From assembly GCA_964394435.1 (NCBI GenBank), contig CAYMXN010000002.1, positions 14,196 through 78,195 on the forward strand: a stretch of 64,000 nt of DNA. Direction: 5' to 3'. Below the pieces are notes generated by a model that had not been told where the DNA came from, did no database searches, and saw only the letters and a program-made list of their open reading frames with translations. The DNA is from an uncultured Candidatus Saccharibacteria bacterium (lineage in GTDB: Bacteria; Patescibacteriota; Minisyncoccia; UBA6257; 1-14-0-10-44-23). The position numbers and the translations under genes are program-made. Below are positions 21,172-30,093 of the stretch, piece after piece. Position 1 is the first letter of the stretch. Each line of letters begins with the position of its first letter.

Positions 21172-21420
21172 ATGTGGCACGTCTATCTTCTAAAAAGCCA
21201 GAAACAAAAATGGTATTATGTCGGGAGTACAAACCGACTCGAAGAAAGACTTAGCGAGCATAATCAGGGTCGAGTGCGATCGACTAAGAGCTATCGTCCA
21301 CTAGATATTGCCTACGCTAAGGAGTTCGGAAGCGAGAAAGAAGCGAGAAGTTATGAGAGAATGATAAAAGACAGGCGCATACTAAAGGAAGCGATTGTAC
21401 GAGAAATTGAAGGAAGGTAA
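21172..21420 (+). CDS. GIY-YIG nuclease family protein (YhbQ/Slx1-like, 82 aa)
   Basis: WHVYLLKS...KWYYVGSTNRLEERLSEHNQG is the GIY-YIG signature. The gene fills the gap between the tRNA fragment and the intact tRNA exactly. Confidence 0.8.
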   Translation: MWHVYLLKSQKQKWYYVGSTNRLEERLSEHNQGRVRSTKSYRPLDIAYAKEFGSEKEARSYERMIKDRRILKEAIVREIEGR

Positions 21421-21424
21421 ATAT

Positions 21425-21495
21425 TGCCAGATCGTCTAATGGTAGGACAGCGGACTCTGAATCCGCGAATCTTGGTTCGATTCCAGGTCTGGCAG
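21425..21495 (+). tRNA. tRNA-Gln (anticodon CUG)
   Basis: Manual cloverleaf: acceptor TGCCAGA/TCTGGCA, D arm GTCT..GGAC, anticodon stem GCGGA/TCCGC with loop CTCTGAA, T arm CTTGG-TTCGATT-CCAGG. U1-A72 as in bacterial tRNA-Gln. Confidence 0.85.
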
Positions 21496-21551
21496 CAAAG
21501 TTAAAATAGGTTCGGAGTCCGAGGAGCTTAACAGATTTAAATAATTAAATT

Positions 21552-21953
21552 ATGAATAATTTTGAGCTGGAAGGATGGGACGAAATAAATCAAAACGGAG
21601 GTACTATTGGAACGGGTATAAATAAATCTATTCACAAGCTCACCGTTGCAATATTCAACTCTGGCTCAAAAACCTCTACTCATGTAGGTTATCTTAAGGA
21701 TAAGGTTGAACAGCTAAATAAGAATCTGGAAGAATCGAGTAAATCCTCCGATAGGAATTCCAGAGCGATGAAGTATTTAACCGGAGCTTTGGTTTTTCTG
21801 GGTATCGTGCAAGTTCTAGTAGCTTGGTTAAGCTATTCTGCCGATCGATCAATAATTGGAACTAAGAAAAATTGCTATAAAACTGCACTTCAAACTTCTG
21901 ATATAGAATTAAACTATAGAAGCTGCCTTCATAGCAATGGACTTTCAGAATAA
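21552..21953 (+). CDS. hypothetical single-TM protein in AT-rich island
   Basis: 133 aa with one predicted TM helix (YLTGALVFLGIVQVLVAWLSY). About 33 percent GC. Confidence 0.4.
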   Translation: MNNFELEGWDEINQNGGTIGTGINKSIHKLTVAIFNSGSKTSTHVGYLKDKVEQLNKNLEESSKSSDRNSRAMKYLTGALVFLGIVQVLVAWLSYSADRSIIGTKKNCYKTALQTSDIELNYRSCLHSNGLSE

Positions 21954-21977
21954 ATATGCTTCAAATAGTGTAATTCT

Positions 21978-23009
21978 ATGGAAGAAAGAACAAGTCCTAA
22001 GCAACTTAAGTCAGATACAAGACAGTGGAATTCTGGCAGGGTTCATTTTGCAGTCATTGGTTGGCCAGGAAAACCTGAGGATAATTATATTGTTTTTCAA
22101 AAAAATTTCTTTGGAAAAACGAAAAACCAAGACCAAAAATTCAATTTACGTTTTAGAGATTGGCAAAATCTCAAGAAGCTTATTGATGGCGAGTTGACCC
22201 CTATTACTGAGTGGGAAAAGACAATTTCTGTCGTTGACAAAGAAAGTCTCGAAAAACTCATAAATGATGATCCTGATATTTTTTCAAAAGTCCTAGCAAG
22301 TCCGAATATATTAAAGTTGAGCGATTCCAGCTTCGAATCTCTTGATCGAATTGCAGTAAAAATATACGAAGTTAAGGCAGAAAAAATTGATCTAATCTTA
22401 AAAAAGATAGCTGAGACGCCATCAGCAGATCTCGAAAAGTTTAGTACCCTATTGAATGATTTGAGACTAAACCAGATTTCAATGATGACCACTTTGGTTT
22501 ACCAGAAATTAAAAATAATTGATTTGCTTGAAAAAGTTATCATATCTCCTAGAAGTAAAGAAAAGGATGTACATCAGATTTTTGAAAAACACCCATGGCT
22601 TTTGGGGAGAGCTTTCGAAATCGTTTCAAGTGATAAGGCGCTTATAAATTATCTAGAAACAAATTTACAAGAAGACCCAGAAACCCGCGTAAGACCTGAT
22701 ATAATCGCCAGCACTATTCCTTACACAAATGATGTCGTAATTATTGAACTTAAAAAACCAGGGATTAAACTTAAGGCAAAACATATTGGACAAGTCCTGG
22801 AGTATAAGGCATTAGTACAAAGACATAAGCCAAATGTAAAGAATATAAATTGTTTTGTTTTTGGTTACGAGAAAGATACCACTTTTACTTTTTCAAAAGA
22901 TGCAACAATAAAGACTTTCTCAGAATTAGTATCAGAGCTTAGGCATGAATACAAAGAATATCAAAAAGTATTAGATGTAGGAAAAGATCTTGAAGTAGAA
23001 AATTTATGA
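21978..23009 (+). CDS. PD-(D/E)xK nuclease-domain protein, Shedu(DUF4263)/NERD-like candidate anti-phage defense protein
   Basis: C-terminal region KEKDVHQIFEKHPWLLG...RPDIIAS...NDVVIIELKKP...QVLEYK shows the D...E-x-K restriction-endonuclease-fold motif and the hPWLlG element I associate with DUF4263. The N-terminal 200 aa were not recognised. Confidence 0.55.
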   Translation: MEERTSPKQLKSDTRQWNSGRVHFAVIGWPGKPEDNYIVFQKNFFGKTKNQDQKFNLRFRDWQNLKKLIDGELTPITEWEKTISVVDKESLEKLINDDPDIFSKVLASPNILKLSDSSFESLDRIAVKIYEVKAEKIDLILKKIAETPSADLEKFSTLLNDLRLNQISMMTTLVYQKLKIIDLLEKVIISPRSKEKDVHQIFEKHPWLLGRAFEIVSSDKALINYLETNLQEDPETRVRPDIIASTIPYTNDVVIIELKKPGIKLKAKHIGQVLEYKALVQRHKPNVKNINCFVFGYEKDTTFTFSKDATIKTFSELVSELRHEYKEYQKVLDVGKDLEVENL

Positions 23010-23107
23010 TATTCCGAAAAATGGTGAAGTGATAAGATTATTGTAATTATTATAAAACACTTGTGGGGGTGAGGTATGAAAATATCCAAATCCGATGAGG
23101 TCGACAA

Positions 23108-23704
23108 ATGAATAAAAACGAATTCCCTCGAGCAATTCAGTTTCTAGAAAGTTTAAATGTCTCCTACTATATCCATGCCGGATTTGCGATGCACCTACAT
23201 GGACTCCTGTCTGACCTCGATGATTTAGATGTGCGCATCGACCACCCAAATCTCGAGCAGGTTTTAAAACAAGCAAAGGAAAATTTTGCCTGCCCCGTGC
23301 TATTAACCATCGGTGGCGAATATGATAATGGGCAGTATCGCTTTGGTCGTATAGAGATCGAAGCATCAACCCCTATCGATATCTGCTCATCAATGGGAGT
23401 TATTAATGATTGGGGCACCGTCGACTTCCCTCCCTTCGCGACCTCTTCGCTGAATAGCACGGCAATCAACTATCATGGTGTGTCGGCGCGAGTTGCCTCC
23501 CCGGAGACATTGCTGTTGTATTACCTTATCTTACGCCGGAAGCAGAATAAAAATGACAAAGAAAAAATTAGAGCCCTATTTTTATCAGGGAAAATTAATG
23601 AGGATCGATTCCGCGCGCTCTTAAAAAATAACAAACATGAATCTCAAATCCTAAACCTATATCGGTATTATAAAAAAATAGCTTCTAAACCTAGGAATAA
23701 GTAG
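23108..23704 (+). CDS. nucleotidyltransferase, Lnu/ANT-like (Pol-beta superfamily)
   Basis: VSYYIHAGFAMHLHGLLSDLDDLDVRID follows the hG[GS]x9-13Dh[DE]h NTase signature. Overall pattern resembles lincosamide/aminoglycoside nucleotidyltransferases. Confidence 0.5.
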   Translation: MNKNEFPRAIQFLESLNVSYYIHAGFAMHLHGLLSDLDDLDVRIDHPNLEQVLKQAKENFACPVLLTIGGEYDNGQYRFGRIEIEASTPIDICSSMGVINDWGTVDFPPFATSSLNSTAINYHGVSARVASPETLLLYYLILRRKQNKNDKEKIRALFLSGKINEDRFRALLKNNKHESQILNLYRYYKKIASKPRNK

Positions 23705-23726
23705 TTTTTACCAAGAAAATAATTTT

Positions 23727-24503
23727 ATGCTTCACGATTTCCTCATCTTCGCCCTTAAACAGGCGCGGGCGGCGCTGTTTGCCGGAGTGTTTTTGTTTTT
23801 GATTTTCGCCTCAAAATATATTGCGATTCCGGGATTATATCGCTACGACTTTCTCTTTTTGGCCGCAGTAGCCATTCAGCTCCTGATGCTTCTGTTTAAG
23901 CTCGAGACAGTAGATGAAGCTAAGACTATCGTCCTCTTTCACCTCATCGGTCTTATCCTTGAGATTTATAAAACCAGTCCAGCGATTGGGTCGTGGACGT
24001 ATCCGGAGCCTGGGTACCTGAAGATTTTTACCGTGCCACTGTATAGCGGATTTATGTACGCTTCGATTGGCAGCTATATCGCTCACGCGTGGAAGGGCTT
24101 TAACCTTAAACTCATCAACTCCCCTCGCTATCTCTATAGCATCATCCTCTGCGCACTTATCTATCTCAACTTTTTTACCAACCACTTTATATATGACTTT
24201 CGTCTTTTTCTTATCGCGGGAATCTTTATCTTATACCGAAAAGCTTACGTTGAGTTTACGCCGGATAAGCGCACCTATCGCCTTCCGCTTAATGTCAGCT
24301 TTTTACTCATCTCGCTCTTTGTGTGGATAGCGGAAAATATCGGAACGTTTTATGGCGCGTGGCAGTACCCTTCGCAGATTCACGCGTGGCAAATTGTTTC
24401 GTTTCAAAAAATCACCTCGTGGTTTTTGATGGTGATTATCTCCTTTATCATCGTCGCGTATTTAAAACATGTTAAGGCGGAGCGTACTTTGAATGCCGCT
24501 TAG
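23727..24503 (+). CDS. polytopic membrane protein (DUF817-like)
   Basis: 258 aa, about 8 predicted TM helices. Length and hydrophobicity pattern are consistent with the DUF817 family. Confidence 0.5.
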   Translation: MLHDFLIFALKQARAALFAGVFLFLIFASKYIAIPGLYRYDFLFLAAVAIQLLMLLFKLETVDEAKTIVLFHLIGLILEIYKTSPAIGSWTYPEPGYLKIFTVPLYSGFMYASIGSYIAHAWKGFNLKLINSPRYLYSIILCALIYLNFFTNHFIYDFRLFLIAGIFILYRKAYVEFTPDKRTYRLPLNVSFLLISLFVWIAENIGTFYGAWQYPSQIHAWQIVSFQKITSWFLMVIISFIIVAYLKHVKAERTLNAA

Positions 24504-24575
24504 TTTCTTGGCTGGTTTTTTGCTTTATGTAAAAATACTGCTTCCGTTTGTCGGCGTAGTGTCGACGATGGACCT

Positions 24576-24989
24576 ATGAGGTGTACTTTGAAGCGTTCCT
24601 TTCTGCTCGCACTCGCGCTGATCGTGATGGCACTCGGCTTCCTGAACTCCCCGCTGGTCGAGCCGGCCAACGCTGGCGGCTTCACCATGCTGCTGCCGAA
24701 CACCCCGGTGTTCTCGATTGGGGTCTGGAGTCTGGAGACCGACGACTTCAAGTCGGTGGTCGTCCCTGCGGACCGGGCCGCCGACCTCTGCGCGGCGCTG
24801 GGCATCTCCATAAGCCAGGGCACGTTTAGCACGGCGGCCCAGGTCGTCACACTCAACCCGAACGCCACGGCGATCGTGACGTGCGATTGTCAGCCCACCC
24901 AGGGCCTATCCACGTACTGGGGAGTCCAGAGTACGTGCTGGCAGGACCAGTACGCACAGTTCTCTTTCGAGCAGGTCAACACACGCTGA
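24576..24989 (+). CDS. secreted Cys-containing small protein, GC-rich cassette B
   Basis: Signal peptide (..LLALALIVMALGFLNSPLVEPANA), mature domain with CDC...C...C. GC is about 62 percent. Terminator follows. The start could instead be the TTG at 24588. Confidence 0.5.
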   Translation: MRCTLKRSFLLALALIVMALGFLNSPLVEPANAGGFTMLLPNTPVFSIGVWSLETDDFKSVVVPADRAADLCAALGISISQGTFSTAAQVVTLNPNATAIVTCDCQPTQGLSTYWGVQSTCWQDQYAQFSFEQVNTR

Positions 24990-24995
24990 CCCGCT

Positions 24996-25032
24996 CTCGC
25001 CCCAACGACTTCGGTCTGCGGGGCTTTTTTAT
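24996..25032 (+). terminator. intrinsic terminator of cassette B
   Basis: GCCCC...GGGGC stem followed by TTTTTTAT. Confidence 0.55.
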
Positions 25033-25063
25033 ATCATAGCTTTTCGTGATACGATGCGTATAT

Positions 25064-25606
25064 ATGAAACTTTTTTACCGCCTCTTACTCGCACTGATTA
25101 TCGGCGCGGCGGCCTGGTTCTTTTTCTTGCGCGACACCACCTCTTCACTTAACACATATACAAGCGCTGAATATGGCATCTCATTTTCGTATCCTAGTAT
25201 GTATCTCCTAGAAGAAATGGACGCGCCAGGAAACGAACTACGCAAACATCACGTAATTACGTTGATGCGCAAAGACTCACTCCCAGCTCCCGAAGGTGGC
25301 GAGGGTCCGACCTATATCGCGCTGGAGATATATCAGAACAATTTAGATAACCAAACAGCGGAGGGTTGGATTAAACATACGAGCGAGTCGAACTACAAGC
25401 TTAGCGATGGAACGCTTACATCGATCACGCTCGCTAATGGACTCCCTGCCACCTCGTATCGCTGGTCCGGATTATATGAAGGAACGACGATTGTGACCGC
25501 CCAGCCGAAATGGATATATGCGTTTACGGCAACCTATATGGAGATGGGTGAACAGATTATTCAAGACTTTGTCGCGATTCGGGATAGTATTCGTATAACC
25601 AAATAA
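25064..25606 (+). CDS. hypothetical membrane-anchored/secreted protein
   Basis: N-terminal hydrophobic segment MKLFYRLLLALIIGAAAWFFFL. No domain recognised. Confidence 0.5.
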   Translation: MKLFYRLLLALIIGAAAWFFFLRDTTSSLNTYTSAEYGISFSYPSMYLLEEMDAPGNELRKHHVITLMRKDSLPAPEGGEGPTYIALEIYQNNLDNQTAEGWIKHTSESNYKLSDGTLTSITLANGLPATSYRWSGLYEGTTIVTAQPKWIYAFTATYMEMGEQIIQDFVAIRDSIRITK

Positions 25607-25622
25607 CCACTATACTGTTAGT

Positions 25623-26408
25623 ATGGAGCAACCAACAGGACTACATTTTGATGACGCGAATAAGTTTGAAGTGCCTCGCGGCATCGTTGACGAGAGTGGA
25701 ATCGAACAGGTGCGCAAGTTCGAGATACCGGGTGGACGATTTGCTTTTATTACTCACCGAGGTGGACGGCCGGAAAAACCAAACGAGGACTGTGTAGTGC
25801 TCGATCCTGAACATAAAGCGTTTGCGGTTGTTGACGCGATGGGTGGACAGAGCAACCCCCTACTCTCTAAGCAACTGACGAGCGAGGAGCTCTTGAAAGC
25901 GTTTACTACTAATGAGCCTCTTGTGCGCGCACACTATAGTGCGATGAGGCGAATGGAGAGCGAGAACCGTAATGGTGGTGCGTGTTATAGCGCCTTTCGT
26001 ATTAATGGCAAGATGCTCGAAGCTATCCAAGGAGGAGACACGAGCATTGTTGTTGTAAATACGATCAATAGAAAAGTAAAACTAGGAGCTACGGGAGGCG
26101 AAAACCTTGCAATGGATCTGCGCCAGGCGATACAAAAAAGCTATCATGGCGTAGAGCCTCCAAGTACCGCAGCTATTGAGCTCCAAAATGGTGATCGCAT
26201 CTATGCTATGAGTGATGGCGCGTGGGAAAACTTCAGCACCGAAAGACTCTTAAGCAAAGAGATGCTTCGACTTCCTATTGATACGGTCCTTAAAATGGCA
26301 TACGAAGAAGCACTTCAGGAGATGTTTCAAAAAACAAGAGGACCTGAATGGGGCAATCCTGATAACTTTACGCTTTTCGTCTACGAAAAAGACTCTGCGA
26401 TTACATAG
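25623..26408 (+). CDS. PP2C-family Ser/Thr protein phosphatase
   Basis: NEDCVV...AVVDAMGG (motifs 1-2) and AMSDGAWENF (the xSDG motif) of PPM phosphatases. Confidence 0.78.
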   Translation: MEQPTGLHFDDANKFEVPRGIVDESGIEQVRKFEIPGGRFAFITHRGGRPEKPNEDCVVLDPEHKAFAVVDAMGGQSNPLLSKQLTSEELLKAFTTNEPLVRAHYSAMRRMESENRNGGACYSAFRINGKMLEAIQGGDTSIVVVNTINRKVKLGATGGENLAMDLRQAIQKSYHGVEPPSTAAIELQNGDRIYAMSDGAWENFSTERLLSKEMLRLPIDTVLKMAYEEALQEMFQKTRGPEWGNPDNFTLFVYEKDSAIT

Positions 26409-26412
26409 CTTT

Positions 26413-26447
26413 AAAAAAATACTCGCTCATTGAACGAGTATTTTTTA
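26413..26447. terminator. bidirectional terminator between the PP2C gene (+) and the TPM gene (-)
   Basis: AAAAAAATACTCGCTCATTGAACGAGTATTTTTTAC. Confidence 0.6.
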
Positions 26448-27302
26448 CCATTTTCCGGAGGCGCCGCCACCACCTGAACCTCCTCCACCGAATCCACCAA
26501 ACCCGCCGCCGCCGCTGTGCCCGCCTCCGCCAAACCCGCCACCAAATCCACCTCCACCACGGAACCAGTTTGAGCCACCGGCTTTTGAAGCTATGAAATC
26601 AATAAGGAGACCGAGCGGAATTAAGACTATGGCTGAAAGTGCACCATAAACAAATGAGGCGAAGACAAAACCGATAGCGGTACCAGCTACTCCGCCCAAG
26701 ACTCCGCCAAGCCACCACGACTTTGTGCGAGCGAGGACTCCAAGTACTAAACTCAAGAAAAACCAGATGCCAAAAATTAAAAATGGAAAGAGGTCGCCAA
26801 TAGACTGACTAGATACTGGGACTGGCGGAGCGTACTCGCTGGCGATCGCCTGCTCAATCGCACCCACTCCTTGCGTAATGCCCGCATCAAAATCACCCTG
26901 CGCAAATGCGGGCACGATCACCTTGTCGATAATCTGCTTACTTTCTAAGTCGGTGAGCGCGCCCTCGAGACCGTAACCGACTTCGATACGCACTTCGCGC
27001 TCATCGCGGGCGATAAGCAGTAAGACTCCATTGTCTTTTTCTTTGCCTCCAATCCCCCACTCGGCAAATAGTTTTACCGCGTACGTCTCGATCGTTTCAT
27101 CTGTAAGCGTTGGGATAGTTACTACCGCTATCTCGTGCGCTTTTTCAGCACGAAAATTTTTCAACTCTTGCTCGAGTGAGGCGCGCACCCCACTACTCAT
27201 CATCTGCGCAAAGTCGTTCACAAATCCGACCGGCTTTCCTGGGCTGGTGTACGCAAAAACAGTTAGCGGCAAAAATACTATCAGTGCGAACAAACGTCGC
27301 AT
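26445..27302 (-). CDS. TPM-domain protein (TLP18.3/Psb32/MOLO-1 family) with Gly-rich C-terminus
   Basis: Signal peptide, TPM phosphatase-like domain, TM helix, then a GGGFGGG repeat tail. Classic partner of LemA. Confidence 0.85.
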   Translation of the reverse strand: MRRLFALIVFLPLTVFAYTSPGKPVGFVNDFAQMMSSGVRASLEQELKNFRAEKAHEIAVVTIPTLTDETIETYAVKLFAEWGIGGKEKDNGVLLLIARDEREVRIEVGYGLEGALTDLESKQIIDKVIVPAFAQGDFDAGITQGVGAIEQAIASEYAPPVPVSSQSIGDLFPFLIFGIWFFLSLVLGVLARTKSWWLGGVLGGVAGTAIGFVFASFVYGALSAIVLIPLGLLIDFIASKAGGSNWFRGGGGFGGGFGGGGHSGGGGFGGFGGGGSGGGGASGKW

Positions 27303-27314
27303 ATCGTGTTGAGA

Positions 27315-27869
27315 TTATTGGAGATCGACTTTCGGAGCCTCTTCTGCGCCCTGCGCGGCTTCAAAATATGCGCGCTCATCAAACCCAGAGATACCGGCGA
27401 TGAGGTTAGATGGGAAACGCTTAATCGCGAGGTTGAATGCTTTGACCGCTTCGTTAAAGCGCATACGCTCTACGCTCACCCGGTTTTCGGTTCCCTCGAG
27501 CTGCGTCATTAAGTTCGTTACTGCTTCCGAACTGCGCAGCTGCGGATAGTTTTCGATAATTACGAGCAAACGAGAAAGCGCCCCTTCTACCTCGGTTGCG
27601 GCGGAGGCTTTTTGATCAATGGTCTGGGCGCCGGAGTATTTCGCGCGAGCGTCAGCGAGCGCGGTGAATACTGTTTTTTCTTGCGTGAAAATGCCCTTTA
27701 CGGATTCGGTTAAATTTGGAATCAAATCAAAGCGACGCTGATACTGACTCTCAACTTGTGCCCACTGACTGTCGACTCCTTCATTTAAACTTACAAAGCG
27801 GTTGTACGAACTAATACCCCAGACTGCGAGAACGATGACGATTGCGAGAACAATAAGTGATTTTTTCAT
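27315..27869 (-). CDS. lemA: LemA family protein
   Basis: N-terminal TM helix followed by the LemA domain (NRFVSLNEGVDSQWAQVESQYQRRFDLIPNL). Start taken at MKKSLIV. Confidence 0.85.
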   Translation of the reverse strand: MKKSLIVLAIVIVLAVWGISSYNRFVSLNEGVDSQWAQVESQYQRRFDLIPNLTESVKGIFTQEKTVFTALADARAKYSGAQTIDQKASAATEVEGALSRLLVIIENYPQLRSSEAVTNLMTQLEGTENRVSVERMRFNEAVKAFNLAIKRFPSNLIAGISGFDERAYFEAAQGAEEAPKVDLQ

Positions 27870-27915
27870 ATGAGATGTATTGATTACTGAATAATACTGA
27901 CAACGACTCAATCGC

Positions 27916-28116
27916 CTAGAGCTTACCGAGCTCTTTGAGGTCGTGGTCGGGAATGTAGAGGATAAGAAGCCCAAGGATTAAGCCGGCGATAGTGGTGATG
28001 ATATGGCTTCCTCCGAAGACTACTTTATCAATCCAATCGAGAACGTACCAAATGCCGCGCCAGACGAGAACGATACCGATAATGACCGAAAGATTTTTTA
28101 GCAAGTTTAGTTTCAT
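27916..28116 (-). CDS. small two-TM membrane protein (66 aa)
   Basis: Hydrophobic ORF immediately upstream of lemA. Weak support. Confidence 0.3.
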   Translation of the reverse strand: MKLNLLKNLSVIIGIVLVWRGIWYVLDWIDKVVFGGSHIITTIAGLILGLLILYIPDHDLKELGKL

Positions 28117-28200
28117 ACCTCAACAATATCATCCTCTTCATTCTCATTCAATTGCGCAAAGCGATTTGATTTTTACCCTACTTCCTATACTCTAGCAATC

Positions 28201-29211
28201 ATGGATACTACACTGCTCGCCCTGGCGACTAAGAACATCGGAGATACTGTCCGCCTCGCACTCGAACACACTTCTAACCATAAAGCTTTGGTGGTTTATG
28301 ATACGCAAAATGGACTGACTAATATTTTGACGGCTGCGTATCGTGCCACCCTGCCAGACGCGACCTATATCGATTTTGATAAGACCTCGCGCGAAGAGGT
28401 TATTGCTGCGTTTGATACGATGAGCCCGGGCGACTTGGTTGTTTTGATTCAGTCATCAAACTTCCGCTTAAACGAGTTTCGTATTCGTCTGCATCTCTTT
28501 AGCAAAAAGCTCAAAGTGATTGAGCATATGCACCTCTACCGCAATACCCCGGATGTGTGGGACGTGTATATCAACTCGATCGCGTATGATATCAATTGGT
28601 ATCGTAATGTTGGTCCAAAACTTAAGGCTAAGCTTGAGCCGATCAAGACATTGCGCATCCAGGCGATGGGTCAGGAGCTTGCTATTACCGGCGGACTGGA
28701 AACTCCAAAGTTAAATATCGGAGACTACACAGGGATGGAAAATGTCGGGGGAACGTTTCCGATTGGCGAAGTGTTTACCGAGGCACTCGACTTCAGCACG
28801 ATGAACGGCTCATTTATGATTTATGCGTTTGCGGGTGCGGAGTTTACCGTTGATATGCATGAACCGTTTCGCGTTGATATCAAAGAGGGTCAGGTAGTTG
28901 GCTGGGGAGAAAACACACCGAAAAATTTTATTGAAATTGTCGGAGCGATTAAGGCTGAAGAGCGCGCTATTATTCGCGAGATCGGGTTTGGACTTAACCG
29001 TGCGATTACCCGCCAGCGCTATATGCAAGATATTACCGCGTTTGAACGTATCTTAGGCATGCACCTCTCGCTCGGCGAAAAGCACGCGGTCTATAAAAAA
29101 GAAGGTATTGTTACCGCAAAAGCACGTTTTCACGTCGACCTCTTCCCTGTTGTCGATAAAGTAATCGCTGACGAGACGGTTATTTTTGAAAACGGTCAGT
29201 ACGTTGTCTAG
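28201..29211 (+). CDS. aminopeptidase-like protein (distant peptidase M29/AmpS resemblance)
   Basis: [13 protein letters not shown] and [14 protein letters not shown] resemble the PDGEVFTGP and GEFAIGLN motifs of M29 aminopeptidases. Assignment is tentative. Confidence 0.45.
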   Translation: MDTTLLALATKNIGDTVRLALEHTSNHKALVVYDTQNGLTNILTAAYRATLPDATYIDFDKTSREEVIAAFDTMSPGDLVVLIQSSNFRLNEFRIRLHLFSKKLKVIEHMHLYRNTPDVWDVYINSIAYDINWYRNVGPKLKAKLEPIKTLRIQAMGQELAITGGLETPKLNIGDYTGMENVGGTFPIGEVFTEALDFSTMNGSFMIYAFAGAEFTVDMHEPFRVDIKEGQVVGWGENTPKNFIEIVGAIKAEERAIIREIGFGLNRAITRQRYMQDITAFERILGMHLSLGEKHAVYKKEGIVTAKARFHVDLFPVVDKVIADETVIFENGQYVV

Positions 29212-29435
29212 CCGTTATCTGCGTAAACTGTTTCGACATACAACCCCTCTACTTTCTCCCGCGCCCACGGTGTTTTACGCAAAAATGTCAGACTCGAGTT
29301 AATACTCGGGTTGCTCATAAAGCAGTTGATTTTGATACGCGCGCCCAACTCGGCCCAGCCGTAACGCTCAACTAAAAATTCTAAAATCGCCTGGAGTGTT
29401 TTGCCATGCAGCGGATTATTGAGGTGCGCGTGCAT
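29208..29435 (-). CDS. small conserved protein, DUF2132/VF530-like
   Basis: 75 aa with [34 protein letters not shown], as I recall for DUF2132. Confidence 0.45.
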   Translation of the reverse strand: MHAHLNNPLHGKTLQAILEFLVERYGWAELGARIKINCFMSNPSINSSLTFLRKTPWAREKVEGLYVETVYADNG

Positions 29436-29437
29436 AC

Positions 29438-30076
29438 TTATTGTCCTAATCCGGTACAGCGCCAGTTTATTTCGGCGGTCTTGCTTTCTTCGAGCACTAC
29501 GCAGGCCGGATTACAGCCAGGCTTGGTTGCGTTTAGGTTTGCGTCAAACCACCAGGTCTTCGTTATTTCGTTATACTGCCCGGCGGCGAGCGCCTCCCCT
29601 CCTTTGATGCAGGCTTGTTCGGCGATGGTGCGCGCTTGAGCCTCGGTGAGCGAACTCTTTATTTCAACGATTGGCGTAGGAGAGTTGGTGGTCGCGATAG
29701 TGAGTTGAAGTACGGTCGCAAAACTACCCCACAGCAAATATGGAAGTAAGAGCCAGAAGATAAGCTTGGAGAATTTAACTACTTTTACTTCTAGAATAAG
29801 CAGCGTGATTAAAACCGCGAGGATGTCGATTGAGGCTGGCCAAAATGCGGCGTAGTCAAGTTGAAGCGGCGTAAAGAGCAGGTTGGCAACAATGTTAAGC
29901 GCAAACACAATGATTAGATATGGCGGGACGCGTTTTTTGACCGTGAGATACAGCAAATAAATACCAGCGATAATAATCAGCGGATAGATAATCCCCCACG
30001 CGACTCCAAACACCCAGTCAGGCGGAGCAAATGATGGCTTGATAATACCCGCATAAAATTCTTGATAGGTACGCAT
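29438..30076 (-). CDS. tspO: TspO/MBR (tryptophan-rich sensory protein) fused to a C-terminal Cys-containing extracytoplasmic domain
   Basis: [22 protein letters not shown] and 5 TM helices (about 150 aa), then a roughly 60-aa tail with 4 Cys. Confidence 0.7.
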   Translation of the reverse strand: MRTYQEFYAGIIKPSFAPPDWVFGVAWGIIYPLIIIAGIYLLYLTVKKRVPPYLIIVFALNIVANLLFTPLQLDYAAFWPASIDILAVLITLLILEVKVVKFSKLIFWLLLPYLLWGSFATVLQLTIATTNSPTPIVEIKSSLTEAQARTIAEQACIKGGEALAAGQYNEITKTWWFDANLNATKPGCNPACVVLEESKTAEINWRCTGLGQ

Positions 30077-30093
30077 ATAGTATCAGTATACTC

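Noticed and set aside
23010-23110. Direct repeat of the tRNA-Gln 3' end marking the right border of the AT-rich island
   Set aside because: No match longer than about 6 nt to GGTTCGATTCCAGGTCTGGCA was seen by eye, so the border is defined only by composition.
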